Origin: Acidobacteriota bacterium
GTDB taxonomy: Bacteria; Acidobacteriota; Thermoanaerobaculia; Gp7-AA8
Length of the DNA: 64,000 bases
NCBI GenBank assembly: GCA_019244185.1
Contig: JAFATB010000002.1
Location: 32,001 to 96,000 of the forward strand
Reading direction: 5' to 3'
Shown: positions 19,440-29,363 of the stretch, in pieces
Numbering within the stretch: the first letter of the stretch is position 1
How the letters are laid out: each line of letters opens with the position of its first letter
Made by a program: the position numbers and the translations under genes
Notes under the pieces: generated by a model
The model's input: only the letters and a program-made list of their open reading frames with translations
Told to the model about the DNA's origin: nothing
Database searches by the model: none

Positions 19440-21437
19440 ATGTCCGATCGCTTCCAGCTTCTCTCGCCATTTCAGCCGCAGGGCGATCAGCCCGAGGCCA
19501 TTCGCCAGCTCACGGAAAGCCTCAATGCCGGGGAGAAACATCAGGTGCTCCTCGGCGTCACCGGCTCCGGCAAGACCTTCACCGTCGCGAAGGTGATCGA
19601 GGCGCTGAACCGGCCGACACTCGTCCTCAGCCACAACAAGACGCTCGCGGCGCAGCTCTACCAGGAGTTCAAGAACTTCTTTCCGGAGAATGCGGTCGAG
19701 TATTTCGTCTCGTATTACGACTATTACCAGCCCGAGGCGTACATCCCGCAGACCGATCTCTACATCGAAAAGGAGATGACCAAGAACGACGAGATCGACA
19801 AGCTGCGGCTCGCCTCGACGAAAGCACTCTTCGAGCGCCGCGACGTGATCATCGTCGCCTCGGTCTCCTGCATCTACGGCATCGGCGAGCCGGAGCTGTA
19901 CTACGGCATGCTGCTGTTCTTCGAGCGCGGCATCGAGAAGCCGATGACGCAGTACCTCCGCAAGCTGACGGAGATGCAGTACGAGCGCACGCCGTACGAC
20001 CTCGCGCGCGGCAGCTTCCGCGTGCGCGGCGACGTGCTCGAGGTGTGGCCGGCGTACGAGGACGACGCGGTGCGCATCGAGTTCTTCGGCGACGAGATCG
20101 ACAAGATGACGCGCATCGATCCGGTCACGGGCAAGACCACCGGCCGCTCGTACGATCGCCTGGCCATCTATCCGCGCACGCACTACGTCACGCCGCGCGA
20201 GCGGCTCATGCAGGCGATGGAGAACATCCGCGTCGAGCTCGACGAGCGCGTCACGGAGCTGCGCGCGCAGGACCGGCTCCTCGAAGCGCAGCGGCTCTCG
20301 CAGCGGACGATGTTCGATCTGGAGATGATCGCGGAGCTCGGCTACTGCAACGGCATCGAGAACTACTCGCGCCATCTCAGCGGACGCGAGCCGGGCGAGC
20401 CGCCGCCGACGCTGATCGACTACTTCCCGAAAGACTTCCTGCTCGTCGTCGACGAGTCGCACCAGACCATGCCGCAGGTGCGCGCGATGTGGGGCGGCGA
20501 CCGCGCGCGCAAGGTGACGCTCGTCGACTATGGCTTCCGTCTGCCGAGCGCGATCGACAACCGGCCGCTCTCGTTCACCGAGTTCGAGGGAAAGCTCGAC
20601 CAGATCCTTTACGTCTCTGCCACGCCGGGGCCGTACGAGCTCGAGAAGACCGGCGGCCTCTTCGCGGAGCAGGTCATTCGGCCGACGGGCCTCCTCGATC
20701 CGGAGATCGTCATCCGTCCGGTGAAAGGGCAGGTGGACGATCTCATCGGCGTCATCAAGGAGCGCATCGCGAAGAGCGAGCGCGTGATGGTGACGACGCT
20801 GACGAAGCGGATGGCCGAGGACCTCACGCGGTATCTGATGGAGCTCGGCATCAAAGTGAATTACCTCCATTCGGACGTCGAGACGCTGGAGCGCATCGCC
20901 ATCCTTCGCGACTACCGCATGGGCGTCTACGACGTGCTGATCGGCATCAACCTTCTGCGTGAAGGACTCGACGTGCCGGAGTGCTCGTGCGTGGCGATCC
21001 TCGACGCGGACAAGGAAGGGTTCCTCCGCTCGCAGACCTCGCTCATTCAGACCATCGGCCGCGCCGCGCGCAACGTGAACGGCGTGGCGATCCTGTACGC
21101 CGACAAGATCACGGACTCGCTGCGCTGGGCCATCGACGAGACGAACCGCCGCCGCGCCGTGCAGCAGCAGTACAACGAGGAGCACGGCATCGAGCCCGCG
21201 ACGATCATCAAGTCGATCGACTCCGATCTCGTGAAGATGTCGAACCTCGACTACATGGACATCCCGCTGCCGGGCCAGAAGTCGAAGCTCGATCTCGCGC
21301 AGGGCGAAGATCTCGACAAGGCCATCTCGCGCCTCCAGAAAGAGATGAAGGACGCGGCGAAGAACCTCGACTTCGAGCGCGCCGCGGAGATCCGCGACAA
21401 GATCCGCGAGCTGAAAGAAGCGCGCATCTTCGTCTAG
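19440..21437 (+). CDS. uvrB: Excinuclease ABC subunit B
   Basis: [52 protein letters not shown]-terminal UVR domain. Confidence 0.98.
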   Translation: MSDRFQLLSPFQPQGDQPEAIRQLTESLNAGEKHQVLLGVTGSGKTFTVAKVIEALNRPTLVLSHNKTLAAQLYQEFKNFFPENAVEYFVSYYDYYQPEAYIPQTDLYIEKEMTKNDEIDKLRLASTKALFERRDVIIVASVSCIYGIGEPELYYGMLLFFERGIEKPMTQYLRKLTEMQYERTPYDLARGSFRVRGDVLEVWPAYEDDAVRIEFFGDEIDKMTRIDPVTGKTTGRSYDRLAIYPRTHYVTPRERLMQAMENIRVELDERVTELRAQDRLLEAQRLSQRTMFDLEMIAELGYCNGIENYSRHLSGREPGEPPPTLIDYFPKDFLLVVDESHQTMPQVRAMWGGDRARKVTLVDYGFRLPSAIDNRPLSFTEFEGKLDQILYVSATPGPYELEKTGGLFAEQVIRPTGLLDPEIVIRPVKGQVDDLIGVIKERIAKSERVMVTTLTKRMAEDLTRYLMELGIKVNYLHSDVETLERIAILRDYRMGVYDVLIGINLLREGLDVPECSCVAILDADKEGFLRSQTSLIQTIGRAARNVNGVAILYADKITDSLRWAIDETNRRRAVQQQYNEEHGIEPATIIKSIDSDLVKMSNLDYMDIPLPGQKSKLDLAQGEDLDKAISRLQKEMKDAAKNLDFERAAEIRDKIRELKEARIFV

Positions 21438-22981
21438 TTGCGCCGGCGGCGGGTCAGCTTCGCGAGCAGCTCGCGCGCCTCTTCGTGATCTGGCTCGAGC
21501 GCGAGCGCGTTGCGCAGGCAGGCGCGGGCCTCGCGCCACTGCGCGACGAGGCCGTGGCACAGCGCCATGTGCGTCAGCGTCGCGGCGTCCGGTCCGCGGA
21601 GGTCGAGCGAACGCTGAAACCATGCGAGCGCCTCCGCACCGTCGCGCGCGCTCATCATCACCATGCCGAGATGGAAGTAGAGATCGTCGCGCTCGAGCAG
21701 CGGGAAGTATTCGGCGCCGACGTTCCGTGCGACGTCGCGCAGCGTTTCGCGCGTGACGGAATCGCCGTTCTCGGCGTAGCGCAGCAGCGTTCGGAAGGCG
21801 CCGAGAAACACGACCGGATCCCAGCCGGTGAAGCGGAGGTACGCGACGAGATCGTCGAACGCGAACGCGCCGTACTGCTGCTCGACGCCGCGTTTGACGG
21901 CGAAAAAGTCCGCGGGACCGCGCCGCTCGATGTGCTGCGCGAAGGCCAGCCGCGTCTCCGCGAACGCCGTGTCGCCGCGATCGAAGAGGCAGGCGACGAC
22001 CGGCAGCGGCGAACGGTCATTCGTCGTATGAAGAAACACTCCGCCGTGCGCGGTGGTCCACGCGCCGAGGGCGTGGTAGTTGACCGCGAACGAGACGCTG
22101 CCGTGGAGCGCGATGTAGGCCTGATCGGTCGTGTCTGGCGCGGGCAAGCCGGTGAATCCCTTGTCGCCGCTGAGCAGCAGCAGGCGTCCGCCGGAGCGCT
22201 CGCGCAGGTTGCGCAGCAGCGTCAGCGCGGCGGTCGGAAACACGACGCTCGCGCCGTCGATCGCGCGATACGCGTCGAGAATCGCGTTCCACGACGGATC
22301 CGCATAGCGGCGGCGCACCGCGCGTCCGCGGCGGAACGTGACGGAGATCTTCGCGAGCAGATCCTCTTCGTCCGGCGCGGTGTTCGCCGGCGCTTCGATG
22401 CGCGGGAGCAGTTCGACGAGGCGGCCGTTCTCCGCGCGAAAGAGGTCCATCGGAATGCCGTCGAAGACGTAGTTCGCGATGACGGCCACCGGATTCCCGT
22501 TCGCCTCCGGAAGTTCGCCGCTCGACTCCGCATCGAAGCGCGCGAATGCGACGACGCCCGCGTCGATGTACGGCTGCAGCGACGGATGGGAGCGGAGCAC
22601 GTCGAGGTTCGCGTCCGTGAAGTCGGTGTAGACGTAACGCACGCGTACGCCGGGCAATGCGCCGGAATCGAACAGGCGCAGCAGCGCGCGCACGAAGTGC
22701 CAGCCGAAGCGCCCGTTGCCGCACCCGAGCTCGAGGATCGGCACCGGCGCGGTGCGATCGACGAACGGCGCGATGTCGCGCAACCATCCGAGGACCGTGT
22801 TCGCGTACGACTCGGCGATCCACGGATTGCTGGTGATGTAGTGCGGGACGACGGACTCGTTCCACGCGCGCACGCCGCGGCCGTCGAAGTACGCGCGCTG
22901 CAATCGCCACAACATCGAGTGGGAGAGGGGAGTCTTCTCCTCGAGCACGACCCGGCGTGGCGCGGCCGTCAGAACTCCCAC
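21434..22981 (-). CDS. SAM-dependent methyltransferase (MidA/NDUFAF7-like) with C-terminal TPR repeats
   Basis: [11 protein letters not shown] (SAM motif I), YVYTD, ANYVFD, SGDKG; C-terminal YFHLG...ALAWFQRSL...[11 protein letters not shown]; start uncertain. Confidence 0.75.
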   Translation of the reverse strand: MGVLTAAPRRVVLEEKTPLSHSMLWRLQRAYFDGRGVRAWNESVVPHYITSNPWIAESYANTVLGWLRDIAPFVDRTAPVPILELGCGNGRFGWHFVRALLRLFDSGALPGVRVRYVYTDFTDANLDVLRSHPSLQPYIDAGVVAFARFDAESSGELPEANGNPVAVIANYVFDGIPMDLFRAENGRLVELLPRIEAPANTAPDEEDLLAKISVTFRRGRAVRRRYADPSWNAILDAYRAIDGASVVFPTAALTLLRNLRERSGGRLLLLSGDKGFTGLPAPDTTDQAYIALHGSVSFAVNYHALGAWTTAHGGVFLHTTNDRSPLPVVACLFDRGDTAFAETRLAFAQHIERRGPADFFAVKRGVEQQYGAFAFDDLVAYLRFTGWDPVVFLGAFRTLLRYAENGDSVTRETLRDVARNVGAEYFPLLERDDLYFHLGMVMMSARDGAEALAWFQRSLDLRGPDAATLTHMALCHGLVAQWREARACLRNALALEPDHEEARELLAKLTRRRRN

Positions 22982-24648
22982 CTCCCGCGCAACGCGGCGT
23001 TGAAGGCCCAGACGATCTCGTAGTTCTCGGCGTTCAGCACGTGATAGCCGATGGCGAGGATCTCATTCGTCGTCCCTGATGTTGCGCGGAAGAAAAACGT
23101 GCAGCCGCCCGGACCGCGTCCGAACGACGCATGCGATCCGGCCTGCAGTCGTCCGATGTCGCCTTTCGTCGCCGACCCGGCGTACGATTTCTGCAAGCCG
23201 GCGTTGCCGCTCACCGAACGGTTGTTGTCCATGCGGCTCAGCGCATTGCGCAGATTGTCGTCGTCGACGGTGTTGTGTTTGAGGCGTACCGCATCGCAGA
23301 ACAGATGGCGCATCGAATACGACTTTCCGTCGAGCGTCGTCGCGCACGAGAGCGGGACGCTCGGAATGCGGAGGGTCTTCGTGACGAAGGCCTCGATGAG
23401 ACCGGAAACCTCGACGTAGCGCCTGGCGTCAGCCGTACTCCTCCACGGCTCCGCTCCGTTGGAACCGCGGATGGCGATGAGAATTGCCTTGAAATCCGGC
23501 AGTGCTTCGCCGCGCTTGCCTTTGATCCGTTCTTCCTCGGTTTTCGAATAGCCTTCTTTCAGTTCGGTCCGGTGTTTGAGCTCTGCCGCGACCGCCGTGT
23601 GAATGATGACCGTCGCTTCGTCTTCGGTGAGCGGACGCGGCCAAGCGGCCGCGGAAGGCTTGGAGTTCGCCGCCACGTATTCGGCGGTCACGTGCTTCGC
23701 GTAGATCTGCAGCGTTCTGAAGTTCGCCCAGACCTCGGGTGCGACGTCGGTGCCGCGCACCCGGTTCACCATGACTTTGTAGTCCTTGTCGTCGTGGGCG
23801 CGCAGCGAGTCGGCCAGCGAGGGATGCAGGATGGCGCGGCGAACATGCCCGCGGATCTCGTCGTCGATCACGCCGCGTGCCTGCGACAGCGTCAGTCGCC
23901 GCGGCGCGCTCGCGTACGCGGGAATCAGCGTCGCGGCGTAGATCTTCGCCGCCTTTTCGTTGAACCAACCGTCGGGAGCGAGGGGATCGCCGCGGAACCG
24001 CCGCACCAACGCCTGGAACTCGGCGCTTTCTTCATCTTTCAGGATCCGTGCAGGGAATGGCGTGGGGTGGCCGGCGCAGTACGCGTCGATTTTTTCTTCG
24101 AGGAATTGCTTCGCCTCGCCGAGCGTCACCGGGCGTGGCCACATCTGCACGACACCGCGATGCGCCGGCTTTCTCTGCACAGGCGCGGCGACGGCGGCGG
24201 GCTCGATTCGCAACGACAACGCGCGCAGCGACATCCGGTCCGCTTCCGCTTCGAGGCCGGGATCGCTCACCACCACGACTCCGCTGCCGTGCGGATTGCG
24301 CACGCGTCCCGCGCGCTGCTGCACGACGTGCGTCAGCTCGTGCGCCAGCACGCGCCGTCCCTGCACGCTGGACGGATCGTAGTGGCCGGGCGCGATGTGG
24401 ATGTCGGTTCCGTGCGTGAACGCCACCGCCCCGATCGTCGCCGGATGCGGACCGACGTGCACGCGCACGGCGGCGAAGCTGGCGCCGAAGATCGACTCCA
24501 TCGCCTGCCGCACCTGAGGCGGCAACGGCTCTCCGGCGCCGGTGGTGCGCGGCAGTGCCTGCATCCGCGAGCGCGGCTCCGAAAGCCATCGCGGGACACC
24601 ATGGGGAAAGGAACCCTGAATGACGGTTCCGCCAGTCGTGTGAGGCAT
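22969..24648 (-). CDS. DUF4157-domain protein with three internal repeats and an unknown C-terminal domain (putative effector/toxin)
   Basis: GEPLPPQVRQAMESIFGASFAAVRVH...AVAFTHGTDIHIAPGHYDP...LAHELTHVVQQR, LEAEAD, PVQRK, VVQM; ATG at 24648 with AGAGAG upstream. Confidence 0.85.
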   Translation of the reverse strand: MPHTTGGTVIQGSFPHGVPRWLSEPRSRMQALPRTTGAGEPLPPQVRQAMESIFGASFAAVRVHVGPHPATIGAVAFTHGTDIHIAPGHYDPSSVQGRRVLAHELTHVVQQRAGRVRNPHGSGVVVVSDPGLEAEADRMSLRALSLRIEPAAVAAPVQRKPAHRGVVQMWPRPVTLGEAKQFLEEKIDAYCAGHPTPFPARILKDEESAEFQALVRRFRGDPLAPDGWFNEKAAKIYAATLIPAYASAPRRLTLSQARGVIDDEIRGHVRRAILHPSLADSLRAHDDKDYKVMVNRVRGTDVAPEVWANFRTLQIYAKHVTAEYVAANSKPSAAAWPRPLTEDEATVIIHTAVAAELKHRTELKEGYSKTEEERIKGKRGEALPDFKAILIAIRGSNGAEPWRSTADARRYVEVSGLIEAFVTKTLRIPSVPLSCATTLDGKSYSMRHLFCDAVRLKHNTVDDDNLRNALSRMDNNRSVSGNAGLQKSYAGSATKGDIGRLQAGSHASFGRGPGGCTFFFRATSGTTNEILAIGYHVLNAENYEIVWAFNAALRGRWEF

Positions 24649-24722
24649 CGTGGTCTCTCTCTGAACGTTCATGATACGCGCGCATGCCGCCGCGTTCGAC
24701 GCGCGGCCGCTGCGTTCCCGCC

Positions 24723-24751
24723 TTGACGGTTCTGCCCGCCAGGTCCACAAT
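24723..24751 (+). promoter_or_regulatory. Candidate promoter of the TonB-dependent receptor
   Basis: TTGACG (24723-28)-N17-CACAAT (24746-51); TCCACAA direct repeat at 24744 and 24761; AAAGGGGG SD-like element before ATG 24802. Confidence 0.35.
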
Positions 24752-24801
24752 CTACGCATATCCACAACTGAATAGTTCCGGACGGAAAGGGGGAATGCTC
24801 C

Positions 24802-27252
24802 ATGACGACCCTCGTGACCCGTATCGTGATGACCGCCGCGGCGGCCGCGCTTCTCGCGGCACCGGCGACGCGGCTCCGCGCGCAGGAGACGCAGCAGACC
24901 ACCACTACCCAGGCGACGCCCTCCGATCAGAAGAAGACCGCCGAGGAGGAGAAGAAGGCGAAGATGGCGGAAGAGATCGTCGTCACCGCACGCAAGCGCG
25001 AGGAGACGGTGCAGACGGTGCCGATCTCCGTCGCCGCGCCGACGGAAACGGAGCTGCGCGACCGCGGCGCGGAGACGATCGAAGACGTCTCCGCGAATGT
25101 CGCCGGCTTCACGGTGCAGAACCTCGGCCCCGGCCAGAGTCAGGTCGCGATGCGCGGCGTGTCCGCGGGACAGATCGTCCGCGACCAGCCGGGCGTGAAA
25201 GAGCAGGTCGGCGTCTACCTCGACGAGTCGGTCATCTCGCTCTCGCTCTTCACGCCCGACATCGATCTCTTCGATCTCTCGCGCATCGAAGTGCTGCGCG
25301 GGCCGCAAGGCACGCTGTTCGGCTCCGGCTCGCTCTCGGGCACCGTCCGCTACATCACCAACCAGCCGCAGCTCGGCGTCTCGGAGAACGTCGGCGAACT
25401 CACGGTGGCGTCGAACGGCGGCTCCGTCGGCGGCAGCGCGAAAGCAGCCGTCAACGCGCCGCTCGGCGACAACGCGGCCCTGCGCGTCGCGGCGTACTAC
25501 ACGAAGTACGAGGGCTTCATCGACGCCGTGCAGCCGAATCTCAGCGTGAACGACGACGTCAACGACGGCTACCGCGCCGGTGCGCGCGTCGCGATCAAGT
25601 TCCAGCCGTCGGCCGCGCTGTCGATCACGCCGCGCATCCTCTATCAGAAGGTCAACTCGAACGGCTGGAACCGCGTCGACGTCTTCAACATCCTCGCGAA
25701 TCCGTTCACGACGACGCGCCCCGCGGTGCACCTCGGCGAGCGCGAACAGTTCACGCAGTTCCAGGAACCGTACGACGACAAGTTCCTCCTCGGCGACGTC
25801 AACCTGACTTACGACCTCGGCAACAACCGCAGCCTCACCTCGATCACGTCGTACTCCGACCGCGACATCGACGTCGTGCGTGATGCGACGGCGCTCACCG
25901 CGAGCATCACCGGCGGCTCGATCGGCTTACCGGCGAACATCTACACGCTCGACGCGCCGCTCGACGACGCCACGAAAGCGAAGGCGTTCACGCAGGAAGT
26001 GCGTCTCGCCGGCAGCACGCCGAAGCTGCAGTGGCTCGCCGGCGCGTTCTACAGCCACGTGAACCGCGGCTACGGCCAGAGCCTCCTCGTCAGCGGCTTC
26101 GAAACGCTCTCCGGCATTCCGACCGCGGGCACGCACGGCGCCGCGCGCGACGTGCTCTTCTTCTCGGATCTCGACTATCGCTTCAAGCAGTACGCGCTCT
26201 TCGGCGAGGCGACGTACAGCGTCAATCCGAGGCTCGACGTCACCGGCGGACTGCGCGCGTACAACTACCGCGAGAACCGCACGCAGACCTTCGACGGCAT
26301 CTTCGCCGATCCGGGCACGACGCGCGGTACCTCGAAGGCGAAAGGCGTCGCGCCGCGCGTGATTCTCGGCTACAAGCTGAGCGACAACACGCGCCTCAAT
26401 GCGCAGATCTCGAAAGGCTTCCGCCTTGGCGGCATCAACGATCCGCTGAACGTGCCGCTCTGCACCGCGCAGGACCTCGTCACCTTCGGCGGCCGCGACA
26501 CGTGGAAGGACGAGAAGCTGTGGAACTACGAGGTCGGCTCGAAGTCGACGTTCCTGGGCGGACGCGGCTCGTTCAACGCTGCCGCGTTCTACATGGACAT
26601 TCGCGACCTGCAGGCGACGGTGACCGCGGGCTCGTGCTCGTCGCGCGTCATCTTCAACGTGCCGAAGGCGCGCAGCGAAGGCGTGGAGACGGAGTTCGAG
26701 GTCGCGCCGAACGATCGCTTCGACTTCGCGATCTCCGCGAGTCACATCCGCTCGCGGCTCGAGTCGACGCTGACGTCGACCGACGCGGCGGGCCACGTGA
26801 GCATCGTGGCCGGCATCGAGAAGGGCAACCGGCTGCCGACCGTGCCGGAGTTCCAGGCCGCGGCCGCGGCGACGTTCCACTGGCCGATGCGGCAGGGGAT
26901 GGCCGGCTATCTCACCGGCGCGTACCAGCACGTCGGCGACCGCTTCACGCAGATCGGCGACCAGGCCGCGGGATTCGGAACGGTCAACTTGTTGTCTTTC
27001 TCGCCGAACAACATCGGCGGCCCGTTCACGCAGTCGACGTTCACGTTCGATCCGAAGCTGCCCGCGTACGACCTGCTCAACCTCCGCATCGGCGTGCTCC
27101 GCAACCGCTGGGACACGGCGCTGTTCGTGAACAACGTGACCGACGAGCGGGCGTTGCTCGCGCTCGATCAGGAGCGCGGCACGCGGGCGCGCGTCAGCTA
27201 CCTCACGAACCCGCCGCGCACGTACGGCATCAGCACGCGCGTGACGTTCTGA
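24802..27252 (+). CDS. TonB-dependent outer-membrane receptor
   Basis: Signal peptide, EEIVVTARKREE TonB box, RIEVLRGPQGTLFG plug motif, ends PRTYGISTRVTF. Confidence 0.95.
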   Translation: MTTLVTRIVMTAAAAALLAAPATRLRAQETQQTTTTQATPSDQKKTAEEEKKAKMAEEIVVTARKREETVQTVPISVAAPTETELRDRGAETIEDVSANVAGFTVQNLGPGQSQVAMRGVSAGQIVRDQPGVKEQVGVYLDESVISLSLFTPDIDLFDLSRIEVLRGPQGTLFGSGSLSGTVRYITNQPQLGVSENVGELTVASNGGSVGGSAKAAVNAPLGDNAALRVAAYYTKYEGFIDAVQPNLSVNDDVNDGYRAGARVAIKFQPSAALSITPRILYQKVNSNGWNRVDVFNILANPFTTTRPAVHLGEREQFTQFQEPYDDKFLLGDVNLTYDLGNNRSLTSITSYSDRDIDVVRDATALTASITGGSIGLPANIYTLDAPLDDATKAKAFTQEVRLAGSTPKLQWLAGAFYSHVNRGYGQSLLVSGFETLSGIPTAGTHGAARDVLFFSDLDYRFKQYALFGEATYSVNPRLDVTGGLRAYNYRENRTQTFDGIFADPGTTRGTSKAKGVAPRVILGYKLSDNTRLNAQISKGFRLGGINDPLNVPLCTAQDLVTFGGRDTWKDEKLWNYEVGSKSTFLGGRGSFNAAAFYMDIRDLQATVTAGSCSSRVIFNVPKARSEGVETEFEVAPNDRFDFAISASHIRSRLESTLTSTDAAGHVSIVAGIEKGNRLPTVPEFQAAAAATFHWPMRQGMAGYLTGAYQHVGDRFTQIGDQAAGFGTVNLLSFSPNNIGGPFTQSTFTFDPKLPAYDLLNLRIGVLRNRWDTALFVNNVTDERALLALDQERGTRARVSYLTNPPRTYGISTRVTF

Positions 27253-27259
27253 CGTTCGA

Positions 27260-28531
27260 TCATCGCGGCGGCGCGGGAGACTGCGCCGCCGCGTCATCGC
27301 GCGCGAAACGCTCGACGCCGCGGTCGCTGTGCTCGATGACGAGCGTCGTGCCGTCGAAGCGCAGATGCAGCCATTCGCGTCCTTCGGGGCGGAACGCGCC
27401 GTCGGTCAGCGCGAGCAGCGCGCGCTCGGCACCGCGATCGCGCGAGTAGAAAAGCCGTTCGCCTTGCGCGCGCAACGTGACGGTACCGTACGTGCCGGCG
27501 AGGCGCGCGACGTCGATCGGCTGATCCGACAACGGCACGAGCAGCCACGCGAGCTCGCGTTTGTAGTCGCTCTCCGGCGTCTTCGCGAGCAGCGTTTCGA
27601 GCGCGCGGCGATAAGCGACGTCGAACGCATCGATTGACGACGTCGCGATGCCGGGCTGCACGCCGGTGCCGTCCCACGACTTGTCCGATTCCGGCGCCAT
27701 CGCATGCGCGACCGGGATGAAGACGGCGAACGTGTCGTTGATGCGACGGTAGCGTCCCGCGTTCGCGCCGCCGCGCGTCGGCTCGCCGATCACGATCGCA
27801 CGCCCGCGTTGCTGCAGCGCGAACGCGAATGCCTCGGCCGCGGAGAACGTGCCGCGCGAGGTGAGGACGTAGACGTCGCTGCCGAGGATGCGCGGACCGG
27901 GGACGTAGGCAAGCGTGCGATCTTCCGTGAGGTGCGGCTCGGTGCGGCGGAGCGTGCGACCGATGACGGTGCGTTCGGCGAAGAGATAGCTCGCGAGGAA
28001 GTTCACCATATCGCCGCTGCCGCCGCTGTTCTGACGCAGATCGATGAGGATCGCGCCCGCATCCGCGAGCATGCGCATCGCCGCAGCCGCGGTGTCTCCC
28101 GCGTATTCGGGCGGCGGAAAGGAGTCGAGCGTGAGCAGGCCGACGTTGCCGGAGAGCCGCTCGACGCGCACGAAGTCGTACGCGCGGCGGCGAAGATCGG
28201 GAAGCCACGGCGGCTCGGTCTGCGCGGGCGTGGTGTTGTTCGTCGAAGGCGCCGGCGGTTCCGGCGCGCGTACGACGACTTCGAGATGCTCATCGTGCGC
28301 GAGGCGACGCAGCTCGTTCGTGAGCGTCGTGGCGAGCGTCTGCGGATCGTTGATCGCGTCGTAGGCACCGGCGGCGAGATGCTGCCGCAGCGTCGCCGCG
28401 ATCTGATGCGCGGACGCTTCGAAGACGTAGCTTTCGTCGACGAGCCGTGCGACGCCTTCGACGGTGTCGGTGCGCAACGCGGGAGCAAGCGTCGTCGTCG
28501 TCGCAAGCAGCAGCAGCGGAACGAGATTCAT
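27260..28531 (-). CDS. S41-family peptidase, secreted
   Basis: Signal peptide; D.HL, GNVGLL, IDLRQNSGG, TFSAAEAF, GEPTRGGA, GTGVQP. Confidence 0.88.
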   Translation of the reverse strand: MNLVPLLLLATTTTLAPALRTDTVEGVARLVDESYVFEASAHQIAATLRQHLAAGAYDAINDPQTLATTLTNELRRLAHDEHLEVVVRAPEPPAPSTNNTTPAQTEPPWLPDLRRRAYDFVRVERLSGNVGLLTLDSFPPPEYAGDTAAAAMRMLADAGAILIDLRQNSGGSGDMVNFLASYLFAERTVIGRTLRRTEPHLTEDRTLAYVPGPRILGSDVYVLTSRGTFSAAEAFAFALQQRGRAIVIGEPTRGGANAGRYRRINDTFAVFIPVAHAMAPESDKSWDGTGVQPGIATSSIDAFDVAYRRALETLLAKTPESDYKRELAWLLVPLSDQPIDVARLAGTYGTVTLRAQGERLFYSRDRGAERALLALTDGAFRPEGREWLHLRFDGTTLVIEHSDRGVERFARDDAAAQSPAPPR

Positions 28532-28553
28532 GCGCGCGAAGATCGCGCGAACG

Positions 28554-29363
28554 TCAGCGGCTGGTCTTGAACGGATTTGACATCAACCGCCGGAACGCGG
28601 CGGGGGAGAGGCCGAGCTCCACGCGGAAGACGCGCGTGAGATGGCTCTGATCCGCGAACCCGCACGCGAGCGCCGCGTCGGCGATCGGCACGTTCGTCGA
28701 CGTTAGCAACGCCGCGGCACGTCGCGCGCGCACGCGGCGCAAATGCTCGCCCATCGTCGTGCCGCGATAGCGGCGAAACGCGCGCGCGAGATACGCGGGA
28801 TCGACGCCGCACTCGCGCGCGACGTTCGCGAGACGCAGCGGTCCGCGTGCAGATTCGAGCAACGCTAGCGCACGGCGCACGCAGCGCGCGGGCACGACGT
28901 CGCCGCGATCTTCGCGTGCGAGCGCGTCGTGCAGTTCGATCAGCAGCTCCTGCATCGTCGCGTGCTCGTCGTCGCCGCCGATGCGGAACGCGCGATAGAG
29001 CCGCAGCAGCACGCGCGCGGGCGCGCCGCCGTGCACGATCGACCACGAGCGCGGCTCCCGCTCGACGAGCTCGCGCAACGCCGGCGCGAGACTCACGAAG
29101 AGCGATCGGTTGCCGTGCGCGCCGATGCGGTCTTCGTGCGCGACGCCGGCCGGCATCACCACGACGCTCATGCTCGTGACGCGATCGCCGCGCGCGCCGA
29201 CCTGCTCGTCGAAGCCGCCCGTCAGCGCGAGCGAGACGTAGGCGTGTTCATGCGCGTGCGCCGCGTAATGCGCGTTCGCGCGATGCTCGAGCTCCGCCAC
29301 GGAAAAGGATTCGCCCGCGACGACCGCGCGCTGCACCCCAAGCGCCGCGGGCGCGCCGTTCAT
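28554..29363 (-). CDS. AraC-family transcriptional regulator
   Basis: Cupin HAHEH; LANVARECGVDPAYLARAFR; CGFADQSHLTRVFR..LGLSPAAFR. Confidence 0.92.
   Translation of the reverse strand: MNGAPAALGVQRAVVAGESFSVAELEHRANAHYAAHAHEHAYVSLALTGGFDEQVGARGDRVTSMSVVVMPAGVAHEDRIGAHGNRSLFVSLAPALRELVEREPRSWSIVHGGAPARVLLRLYRAFRIGGDDEHATMQELLIELHDALAREDRGDVVPARCVRRALALLESARGPLRLANVARECGVDPAYLARAFRRYRGTTMGEHLRRVRARRAAALLTSTNVPIADAALACGFADQSHLTRVFRVELGLSPAAFRRLMSNPFKTSR

Noticed and set aside
24744-24767. DnaA-box-like TCCACA pair suggesting an origin
   Set aside because: Only two imperfect matches, no AT-rich unwinding element, and no origin-linked genes.
24649-25731. N-terminal 361 aa of the 920-aa DUF4157 ORF
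   Set aside because: Mostly antisense to the TonB-dependent receptor; the real start is probably ATG 24648.
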